From an uncultured beta proteobacterium (GTDB lineage: Bacteria; Pseudomonadota; Gammaproteobacteria; Burkholderiales; Casimicrobiaceae): 64,000 nt of DNA. The first letter of the stretch is position 1, and the number at the start of each line of letters is the position of its first letter. This document shows, one piece after another, positions 47,000 through 54,829 of this stretch. The translations under genes were made by a program, and so were the position numbers. The notes beneath the pieces are model-generated. The model was not told the DNA's origin. It did not search any database and saw only the letters and a program-made list of their open reading frames with translations. The stretch is taken from the NCBI GenBank assembly GCA_963695725.1, contig CAVOHM010000006.1, forward strand, positions 142,463-206,462, given 5' to 3'.

Positions 47000-48415
47000 A
47001 TGAAAGCCGCGCTACTGATCGACTTCGGCAGCACCTACACGAAGCTGCGCGCCATCGACGTCGAGCGGGCCGCGATCCTCGGTGCGGGACAAGGGCCCTC
47101 CACGGTCGATTCCGACATCACCATCGGCATGCGGGCGGCGCTTGCCGATCTGGAACGTCGCCTCGGCGTCCTGCCCCGGTTTGCCTGGCGCCTCGCCTGC
47201 TCCAGCGCCGCAGGCGGTCTACGCATGGTTACCGTGGGGCTGGTGCGGGAACTCACGGCGGAGGCGGCGCGTCAGGCGGCGCTGGGCGCTGGCGCCCGGC
47301 TCGTCGGAACCTTCGCGTACCGGCTGACCGCATCGGACGTGGACCGGATCGAAGAGCTCGCGCCGGATATTCTGTTGCTGGCGGGAGGCACGGATGGCGG
47401 CAACAGCGAGGTCATCCGCCACAACGCCGACGCGTTGGGAAAGAGTCGTCTTGCCTGTCCGATCGTGCTTGCCGGAAACCGCTCCGCGATGGATCAATGC
47501 GGCCAGTTGCTCGCCCACAAGACAAGAATCGTCACGGAAAACGTGATGCCGGAGTTCAACGTGCTCAACATCGAGCCGGCCAGAAGCGCGATTCGCAACG
47601 TGTTCATCGATCGCATCGTGCACGCGAAGGGCATCGATCGGGCGCAGGCGATGTTCGACCACGTGCTGATGCCGACGCCGGCCGCGGTGATGGAAGGCGC
47701 GCGCCTGCTCGCGGACGGCTGCGACGGGGCGCCGGGACTGGGCGCGCTGCTGGTGGTGGATCCCGGCGGCGCCACCACCGACGTGCATTCCATCGCGTCC
47801 GGCGAACCGAGCCGGGCGGGCGTGATCCCGCAGGGTCTGCCCGAGCCACGCGTGAAGCGCACGGTGGAAGGCGATCTCGGCATGCGCCACAACATCGCGG
47901 CCATCGGCGATGCGGCAGGGGCCGGCGTCATCGCGTCGGAAAGCGGCATTGCGGCGTCGCGCGTGCACGAGCTGATCGGCGAACTCGGGAGCGACGTCGG
48001 GCGCGTTCCGGACACCGCCGAGGAACGCGCGCTCGATCGCGCGCTGGCCCGCGCCGCCGTCAGGCTCGCCGTGAAGCGTCACGCCGGCACCGTCGAGACG
48101 GTCTACACGGTATCGGGCCCGGCGTTCGTGCAGCGCGGCAAGGACTTGAGCGATGTGCGGGTCGTGATCGGCACCGGCGGCGCGCTGGCACACAGCCCGG
48201 ATCCGGCGGCGATCCTCGAAACCGCGCTCGCCGATCCCGGCGATCCGCTTTCGCTGCGGCCGCGCTCGCCGCGCCTCTTGCTCGACCAGGCGTACATTCT
48301 CTACGCGTGCGGCCTGCTGGGCCAGGTGGAGCCGCGCCAGGCGCTGGCGCTGGGTCTTGCCCACCTCACGCCATTGGACGAGGACAGGGGCCATGAGCGC
48401 ACCGTCGGAAATTGA
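47000..48415 (+). CDS. glmL: Glutamate mutase accessory protein GlmL/MutL (ASKHA-fold putative reactivase)
   Basis: ORF 47000..48415, 471 aa. It starts MKAALLIDFGSTYTKLRAID, carries LLAGGTDGGN and DPGGATTD, and sits between the S and E subunit genes. Confidence 0.85.
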   Translation: MKAALLIDFGSTYTKLRAIDVERAAILGAGQGPSTVDSDITIGMRAALADLERRLGVLPRFAWRLACSSAAGGLRMVTVGLVRELTAEAARQAALGAGARLVGTFAYRLTASDVDRIEELAPDILLLAGGTDGGNSEVIRHNADALGKSRLACPIVLAGNRSAMDQCGQLLAHKTRIVTENVMPEFNVLNIEPARSAIRNVFIDRIVHAKGIDRAQAMFDHVLMPTPAAVMEGARLLADGCDGAPGLGALLVVDPGGATTDVHSIASGEPSRAGVIPQGLPEPRVKRTVEGDLGMRHNIAAIGDAAGAGVIASESGIAASRVHELIGELGSDVGRVPDTAEERALDRALARAAVRLAVKRHAGTVETVYTVSGPAFVQRGKDLSDVRVVIGTGGALAHSPDPAAILETALADPGDPLSLRPRSPRLLLDQAYILYACGLLGQVEPRQALALGLAHLTPLDEDRGHERTVGN

Positions 48416-49895
48416 ACTGAAGCTGCCGTTGTCACAGCAGCGCATCCCGGACGATGTATTCGCCGGGATGCGGCAGGCGAATCTCGCGCGCTGGCCCACC
48501 GGCAGGGATGTCGACCTCGACGAAGCGGTGGCGTTGCATCGGGCGCTGCCGAACCACAAGCAGCTCGCGTGGGTGGTGCGGCGGGCGGTGGCGGAGCGGC
48601 GATGCCTCACGCAGCCGCGGGGTGGATTCGGTACGTTCGCGCTGCAGTTGAAGCTGATGGAGACGCTGGACAAGGAGGGCCTCGCCGACGTCGTGCCCAC
48701 GACTACCGACAGCTATACGCGCAACGAGCACTTCGCGCTCGCCCAGCGCGGCGTCGAGGAATCGGAGCGGGAGGGTCGTTCCATGCTGAACGGCTACCCG
48801 CTGGTGAACTACGGTGTGGCGGTGAATCGACGGCTGATCGAGGCCATCGACAAGCCGGCGATCATGCTGACCGGGACCGCGATGCCGAAGCTCACCGGCG
48901 AAATCGGTTTTGCCTCCGGCTATTCCGGTTACCTGGGATCGGGCATCGCCTACACGGCGTCCTACATCAAGGAAATGACGATCGAGGAGGGCATTCGCAA
49001 CTACCAATACCTGGATCGCCTGGTCGCCTTGTACCAGGAGCATGGCGTCGAATTGCACCGGCGTCAGCCGGGTTTCCTGACAGGGACCAACATTCCGCCG
49101 TGCATCGCGATCATGACCGGCGTGCTGGACGCGCTGCTCGCGGCGGCCCAGGGCGTGAAAAATTACGGCCTCGAACTGGGCCAGACGCTGCATCTTGTCC
49201 AGGATGCGGCGTCGATCGCCGCCTGCGGCGAGCTGGTGCAGGAGTTCCTGGTGAAGTGTGGCTATCCCGACGTGTTCACCTCGGTGACGTCACTGCAATG
49301 GATGGGAGCCTGGCCCCACGACGACGCCCAGTCCGCGGCACTGGTGGTGTATGGCGGAACCCTGGCCGCCATCGGCGGCGCAGTCAGCGTCACGACCAAG
49401 ACCACGCACGAGGCGTTCGGGTTGCCCACGCCAGAGATCAATGCCGAAGGTCTGCGCATGACCCGCATGGCGATTTACCTGGCGCGCCAGATCCGGTTGG
49501 ACGGGCTCGCGGAGTTCCAGTTCGAGAAGGAACTGATCAAGCGCGAAGTGCGGCCGATCGTCGACAAGGTGCTCGAAATGGGCGACGGCGACGTGGCCAT
49601 CGGCACCGTGCGCGCATTCGCCGCCGGCGTGATGGATGTTCCGTGGTCGCCGAACCGGCACGTCAGGAGCCGCGTGATGCCGGCGCGGGACGCGGACGGG
49701 TGCCTTCGTATCCTCGATGCGGGCCTGATGCCGTTCCCCAAGGACGTGCTCGAAGTGCACGAGTCGCGGCTGCGGCAGCGCGCCGTCCGCGATGGCGTGC
49801 CGTGCAACGACGAGCTGGCGGTCGCGAGCGTGTTCGAACTGTCCGAGCCGCTCTCGAAACTGATGTCCGACAAATGGATGCCGCAGGCTGTCTGA
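48393..49895 (+). CDS. glmE: Glutamate (methylaspartate) mutase large subunit (epsilon/E)-like
   Basis: Internal ATG of ORF 48357..49895, overlapping the glmL end by 23 nt; 500 aa. It carries WPTGRDVDLDEAV, TQPRGGF, TTDSYTRNE, SMLNGYPLVNYG, AAAQGVKN and DVPWSPN, and is collinear with clostridial GlmE. Confidence 0.85.
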   Translation: MSAPSEIELKLPLSQQRIPDDVFAGMRQANLARWPTGRDVDLDEAVALHRALPNHKQLAWVVRRAVAERRCLTQPRGGFGTFALQLKLMETLDKEGLADVVPTTTDSYTRNEHFALAQRGVEESEREGRSMLNGYPLVNYGVAVNRRLIEAIDKPAIMLTGTAMPKLTGEIGFASGYSGYLGSGIAYTASYIKEMTIEEGIRNYQYLDRLVALYQEHGVELHRRQPGFLTGTNIPPCIAIMTGVLDALLAAAQGVKNYGLELGQTLHLVQDAASIAACGELVQEFLVKCGYPDVFTSVTSLQWMGAWPHDDAQSAALVVYGGTLAAIGGAVSVTTKTTHEAFGLPTPEINAEGLRMTRMAIYLARQIRLDGLAEFQFEKELIKREVRPIVDKVLEMGDGDVAIGTVRAFAAGVMDVPWSPNRHVRSRVMPARDADGCLRILDAGLMPFPKDVLEVHESRLRQRAVRDGVPCNDELAVASVFELSEPLSKLMSDKWMPQAV

Positions 49896-50058
49896 TGCAG
49901 AGCGCCCGGGGCGTTGGCAAATCCCTGCGCCGGATCTGTCAGGTGCGGCGGCGCTTGGTTGTATCATCGGTTTCTCCGGTGCCGGTTGGCCCCGCGCTTG
50001 GTCCGACACCTTGTCCGTCCGCTTTGAGGCGACGCGCGCACGTGATCACGACATTCGC

Positions 50059-50784
50059 ATGAACATGCTTTCGGTTCGCGTCTGGCGCAGCGGCGCGGTC
50101 GCGGCGGGCGGCAGCTTCGTGCCGTACGAGGTCCCGCGGGCTCCCGCGCAGACCATTCTCGACGTCGTCACGCACATCCAGCGCCGCATCGACGCGACGC
50201 TCGCGTATCGCTACGCGTGCCGCGTCGGCATGTGCGGTTCGTGCGCCATGACGGTCAATGGCCGCGCGCGGTGGACCTGCCGCACGCACGTGCAGGCCGT
50301 TGCGGGTGACGGCGCGCTCGAAATCGCGCCGCTCGCGAACCTGCCGGTCGTTCGTGATCTCGTCACGGACATGGGCGAATTCTTCGACAAGTGGGCGCGG
50401 GCGAAAGGACAGTTCGCCCCGACTGCGACGCGCCACGACGATTTCGCGACGATTGCGCCGGCATCGCACGCGCGTCGTGCGGCCGATGCCGCGATCGAAT
50501 GCATCGGCTGCGGCGTCTGTTACGCGAGTTGCGATGTCGTCGGCTGGAACCGGACCTATCTGGGTCCGGCGGCGCTGAACCGCGCCTGGACGCTCGTCAA
50601 CGACGCGCGCGACGGCGCCCGGGCCGAACGGCTCGCGGCGGTGGCCGGTGACGCGGGCTGCCACGCGTGCCACACCCACCAAAGCTGTACCGAGCGCTGC
50701 CCGAAAGCGCTGGCGCCTACGGCGTCGATCGCAGGGTTGAAGCGCGCGACGGCGATCGCGGCGATGACGGGAGCCCTGTTGTGA
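50059..50784 (+). CDS. Succinate-dehydrogenase/fumarate-reductase-type iron-sulfur subunit
   Basis: Internal ATG of ORF 50011..50784. It has three Cys clusters: CRVGMCGSCAMTVNG..C (2Fe-2S), CIGCGVCYASC (4Fe-4S) and CHACHTHQSCTERCP (3Fe-4S). Confidence 0.9.
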   Translation: MNMLSVRVWRSGAVAAGGSFVPYEVPRAPAQTILDVVTHIQRRIDATLAYRYACRVGMCGSCAMTVNGRARWTCRTHVQAVAGDGALEIAPLANLPVVRDLVTDMGEFFDKWARAKGQFAPTATRHDDFATIAPASHARRAADAAIECIGCGVCYASCDVVGWNRTYLGPAALNRAWTLVNDARDGARAERLAAVAGDAGCHACHTHQSCTERCPKALAPTASIAGLKRATAIAAMTGALL

Positions 50785-51134
50785 TCTCGGCGCGGAGCCA
50801 GTCGTTGCTGTGGCTCGCGCAACGCGTGAGCGCCGCGGTGCTGGCGTTCTGCGTCATCGTGCATCTCGCCACGATGATCCTCGCCGTGCGCGGCGGCCTC
50901 ACGGCGGCCGAGATCCTGGAACGCACGCGCGGCAGCATCGTCTGGGCGACGTTCTACGGCGTGTTCGTTCTGAGTGTGGCAGTACACGGCCCGATCGGCG
51001 TACGGGCAATCGTCGCCGAAATGCGCGGGAATCATGGTCGCGGCATCGATGTGGCGATGCTGGCGTTTGCCGGGGTGTTGCTCGCCCTCGGATTGCGTGC
51101 GGTGTACGCGGTGACGGCGGGGCACGCCCGATGA
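50781..51134 (+). CDS. SDH/FRD-type hydrophobic membrane anchor (SdhD-like)
   Basis: GTG 50781 overlaps the preceding TGA (GTGA), 117 aa. It has three TM segments with conserved His (VIVHLATMIL; VAVHGPIG). Confidence 0.7.
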   Translation: MISARSQSLLWLAQRVSAAVLAFCVIVHLATMILAVRGGLTAAEILERTRGSIVWATFYGVFVLSVAVHGPIGVRAIVAEMRGNHGRGIDVAMLAFAGVLLALGLRAVYAVTAGHAR

Positions 51135-51520
51135 GCGCGAAGAGCGCACCGATGAACGCACATGTGATCCGTCGCAACGACTGGCGCGCGCGCGGCCACG
51201 CCGGCTGGTGGGCGTTCGCCTTGCATCGTGCCTCCGGACTTGCGCTCGTGGTATTCCTGCCGGCGCATTTCCTCGTGCTGGGACAGGCGCTCACGGGCGC
51301 CGACGCGCTCGACGGCACCCTCGCCTGGACGGCGCAGCCGCTCGTCAAGGCGAGCGAAGTCGCGCTCGTGTTCCTGCTCGCCATGCACCTTGGCGGTGGC
51401 CTGCGGCTGCTGCTGGCGGAATTCGGGGGGTGGCGCGCGTCGTGGCAGTCGGCGCTGATCGCCGCTGCGGGTGGCGTCGCGACGCTTTGCACACTGTTGT
51501 TCGCGCTCAATCTCACATAG
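51131..51520 (+). CDS. SDH/FRD-type cytochrome-b membrane anchor (SdhC-like)
   Basis: ATG 51131 overlaps the preceding TGA (ATGA), 129 aa. It carries an SdhC-like HR.SG motif (ALHRASGLALVVFL) and three TM segments. Confidence 0.7.
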   Translation: MSAKSAPMNAHVIRRNDWRARGHAGWWAFALHRASGLALVVFLPAHFLVLGQALTGADALDGTLAWTAQPLVKASEVALVFLLAMHLGGGLRLLLAEFGGWRASWQSALIAAAGGVATLCTLLFALNLT

Positions 51521-51526
51521 ATCGCG

Positions 51527-52402
51527 ATGCACTTCACATCCGAACGGATCGAGAACGTTGCGAAAGAGCTCTACGTTCGCGCGCTGACCGATCTGCCGCC
51601 CGACATCAAGCGCGGCTTCGACGCGCTCGCGGCACGCGAGACCGGCGCCACCGCCCGGGCAGTGCTCGGCACGATGATCGAAAACATCGCGGTCGCCGAA
51701 CGCACCGGCAATCTGCTGTGCCAGGACACGGGCATCCCGATCTACAACGTGACCATCGGCCGCGAGGCGCAAGTCGACGGCGTTGCGCTGAAGGCGGCGA
51801 TTCGCGCGGGTTGCGAGCGTGCGACGCGCGAGACGCCGCTGCGCTCGTCGATCGTGCATCCGCTTACGAGGAAGAACGACCACACATCGTGCGGCATCGC
51901 CGTGCCGGTGATTCAGATCGATTTCTCGGACACGTTCGCGGGCCTCAGGATCGAGATGATCCCGAAGGGCAGCGGTTCGGAGAACAATTCGTGGCTTCGG
52001 ATGGCGATTCCAGCCGAGGGACTCGACGCGATCAAGACGTTCGTCGTCGACTGCGTGCTGAATGCCGGCGGCAGGACCTGTCCACCGACGATCGTCGGCG
52101 TCGGCATTGGCGGCACCGCCGACCTGTGCGTGCACCTGGCCAAAGTCGCGGCGACACGCGCGCTCGGCTCCCGCTGCGCGGATGGCGAGGGCGCCCGGCT
52201 GGAGGCGGCGTTGTCGGCGGCGGTGAACCTGCTCGGCGTCGGCCCGCAGGGGCTCGGCGGCGACGCGACGGCGTTCGCCGTGCACGTGGAGCTTGCGGCG
52301 ACCCACATCACGATGAATCCCGTCGCGGTGAACATGCAGTGCCATTCCGCACGCCGGTCCAGTGCCACGCTGAACGGCGACGAAGTCCAATACGGATACT
52401 GA
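51527..52402 (+). CDS. Class-I (Fe-S) fumarate-hydratase / L-tartrate-dehydratase-family hydro-lyase, alpha subunit
   Basis: ORF 51527..52402, 291 aa. It carries LCQDTGIPIYNV, IPKGSGSEN and the cluster cysteines, i.e. a TtdA/FumA N-terminal-domain type. Confidence 0.85.
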   Translation: MHFTSERIENVAKELYVRALTDLPPDIKRGFDALAARETGATARAVLGTMIENIAVAERTGNLLCQDTGIPIYNVTIGREAQVDGVALKAAIRAGCERATRETPLRSSIVHPLTRKNDHTSCGIAVPVIQIDFSDTFAGLRIEMIPKGSGSENNSWLRMAIPAEGLDAIKTFVVDCVLNAGGRTCPPTIVGVGIGGTADLCVHLAKVAATRALGSRCADGEGARLEAALSAAVNLLGVGPQGLGGDATAFAVHVELAATHITMNPVAVNMQCHSARRSSATLNGDEVQYGY

Positions 52403-52407
52403 GGGCC

Positions 52408-53038
52408 ATGGCGCATCACGAATTCGCGTTGCCCGTCACCGAGGCCGCAGGTGCGCGCGCTGGTGGTCGACGACACGGTCGCGTTGAATGGCGCGCTATT
52501 CGGAATCCGCGACGCCACTCAGATCGCGCTCTTCGATCGTGGCCGCACGACGCGCTTCGATCTCGCCGGTCACGCCGTCATTCATACGGCACCTAACGTG
52601 AAGAAGGTCGCGCCATCGCCGGCGCACCCTGTGGGCTATGCGCCGATCTGCGTCGGAACGACGACCAGCGCGCGGATGGAGCGCTTCACGCGCCCGTTGT
52701 TGAGCCGCTGCGGCGTGCGCATCGTCATCGGCAAGGGCGGCCTCGGTGCCGAATCGGCGGCGGCGTTCCGCGAACTGGGCGGCGTCTATCTCGCGATCGT
52801 CGGCGGTGCGGCCGCGCTGGAGACCACGTGGATCGAGGCGATCGAGGATGTCGACCTCGACGACCTCAATCCCGAGAGCCTGTGGAAATTCCGCGTGCGC
52901 AACTTCGGTCCGCTGCGGGTCGCGATGGACAGTAGCGGCGGCAATCTCTACGCGGTGGTCGACACGGACGCGCGTGCGAAGCGTGCGGCGGTGCTCGCGG
53001 CGCTGGGCGTGGGATCGAGTTCACCCGGCCGCTCTTGA
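52408..53038 (+). pseudogene. Class-I Fe-S hydro-lyase beta subunit (TtdB/FumA C-terminal-domain type), net +1 frameshift after codon ~14 (or a shortened product from GTG 52451)
   Basis: ATG 52408 (MAHHEFALPVTEAA) is one frame off from ORF 52451..53038 (VRALVVDDTVALNGALFGIRDAT...GPICVGTTTSARME...VIGKGGLG...ESLWKFRVRNFGPLRVAMDSSGGNL). The joined sequence aligns with TtdB N-termini. Confidence 0.7.
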
Positions 53039-54765
53039 GGACGCTGCGCACCGACGTCCTGATCCTCGGCGCCGGTGGTGCGGGGCTGTTCGCCGCGCTG
53101 CACGCGCACCGTGCGAATCCCGCGCTTCACATCACGATCGCGGTCAAGGGCCTCCTCGGCAAGTGCGGGTGCACGCGGATGGTGCAGGGGGGCTACAACG
53201 TCGCGCTCGCATCGGGCGACTCGGTCGAGCGCCATTTCATGGACACGATCGAGGGCGGGAAATGGCTGCCCGATCAGGATCTCGCGTGGACACTCGTCAA
53301 CGGCGCCATCGAACGCATCCGCGAACTCGAAAACGAACTCGGGTGCTTTTTCGACCGCAATCCCGACGGCACAATCCACCAGAAGGCGTTTGCCGGGCAG
53401 ACCTTCGACCGCACGGTGCACAAGGGCGATCTCACCGGCATCGAGATCATGAACCGGCTCGCCGAGCAGGTGTGGGCGCGCGGCATCCACCGGCTCGAAG
53501 AGCACCGCGCACTCGATTTCGTCGCGGGCGCCGGGGACGAAAGTGCGAACACGCCTGCCGGCGTGCTGCTGGCCGACGTCCGCACCGGCGGGTACGTATT
53601 CGTGCAGTCCAAGGCCGTGCTGCTCGCCACGGGGGGCGGCCCGACGATGTATCGCTTCCACACGCCGTCGGGTGACAAGAGCTGCGACGGCCTCGCGATG
53701 GCGTTGCGCCTCGGATTGCCGCTGCGCGACATGGAGATGGTGCAGTTCCATCCGACGGGTTTGCTCGCCGGTCGCGAAACGCGGATGACCGGAACGGTGC
53801 TGGAGGAAGGGCTGCGCGGTGCGGGAGGGTATCTGCTCGACGGCGACGGCAAGCGCTTCATGGATCGCTACGACGAGCGCGGCGAGCGCGCGACGCGCGA
53901 CATCGTCTCGCGCGCGATCGATGCCGAGATGCGCGCCGGGCGAACGACGCCGAACGGCGGCGTCTATCTCAGCATGGGCCATCTCGGACCCGATAACGTG
54001 CGGCGACAATTCAAGGGAATGGTCGAGCGCTGCGCCGACTGCGGCTTCGATCTCGCCGCGGGTCGCGTCGAAGTCGTTCCAACCGCGCACTACATGATGG
54101 GCGGCGTCGAGTTCGCGCCGGACTGCACGACCGAGCGACCCGGCCTCTTCGTCGCGGGCGAGGATTCGGGCGGCGTGCACGGTGCCAACCGGCTGGGCGG
54201 CAACGGTGTCGCAAACTCGACGGTGTTCGGCGGCATTGCCGGGGATGCGATCGCGGCGTGGCTCGCGCGCGACGGTGCGTGGCGGGAGCCTGATGCCGCG
54301 GCGCTGGATGCGGCGGTCGCGCGCGCCGAGGCGCCGTTCGCCGGCAGGCGTTCCGACCCTGGCGCGCTCGAATCGATACGCGAGCGCCTGTACGACGTCA
54401 TGTGGGACGACGCCGGTATCGTCCGTGAAGCGGCAGGCCTTGCCCGCGCGGCCCATGGGCTTGCGGACCTTGCGGGCGAGTTGGCGGCAACAGGCATCGA
54501 GGACGGCCAGCGCGCGTTCAACCTGACCTGGCAGGACGCGCTCAACCTGGCGAATCTGATCGACGTATCGCAGTCCATTGTCCGTGCAGCCCAGGCGCGT
54601 GAGAACTCGCGCGGCGCGCACTACCGTTCCGATCGCCCGGATGAAGGCGATCTCGCGACGTCGACGTTCACGCGCATCCGCCAACGCGACGGCCGGATAG
54701 ACGCCGAAGCGGCGCCCGTGCGCTTCACGCGCGTTGCGCCCGGCCGGTCGTTGCTCGATGCGTAG
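53035..54765 (+). CDS. SDH/FRD/L-aspartate-oxidase-superfamily FAD flavoprotein subunit
   Basis: TTG-start ORF 53035..54765 overlapping the preceding TGA, 576 aa. It carries VLILGAGGAGLFAA, MVQFHPTG, RGAGG, PTAHYMMGGV and GANRLGGN. Confidence 0.9.
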   Translation: MRTLRTDVLILGAGGAGLFAALHAHRANPALHITIAVKGLLGKCGCTRMVQGGYNVALASGDSVERHFMDTIEGGKWLPDQDLAWTLVNGAIERIRELENELGCFFDRNPDGTIHQKAFAGQTFDRTVHKGDLTGIEIMNRLAEQVWARGIHRLEEHRALDFVAGAGDESANTPAGVLLADVRTGGYVFVQSKAVLLATGGGPTMYRFHTPSGDKSCDGLAMALRLGLPLRDMEMVQFHPTGLLAGRETRMTGTVLEEGLRGAGGYLLDGDGKRFMDRYDERGERATRDIVSRAIDAEMRAGRTTPNGGVYLSMGHLGPDNVRRQFKGMVERCADCGFDLAAGRVEVVPTAHYMMGGVEFAPDCTTERPGLFVAGEDSGGVHGANRLGGNGVANSTVFGGIAGDAIAAWLARDGAWREPDAAALDAAVARAEAPFAGRRSDPGALESIRERLYDVMWDDAGIVREAAGLARAAHGLADLAGELAATGIEDGQRAFNLTWQDALNLANLIDVSQSIVRAAQARENSRGAHYRSDRPDEGDLATSTFTRIRQRDGRIDAEAAPVRFTRVAPGRSLLDA

Positions 54766-54829
54766 GATGTGTTTGCGCCTGTCGGCGGAAATGCCCTAAG
54801 CTCATTCGCACCGACCGCGCTCTTCGACG

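Noticed and set aside
49896-50058. Possible cobalamin riboswitch or other leader RNA in the only large gap inside the mutase/dehydrogenase cluster.
   Set aside because: I could not find the conserved B12-box or the AGGGAA/GCCACTG-type core elements, and the 163-nt gap is short for that riboswitch. More likely it is a plain intercistronic or internal-promoter region. A covariance-model scan (Rfam RF00174) would settle it.
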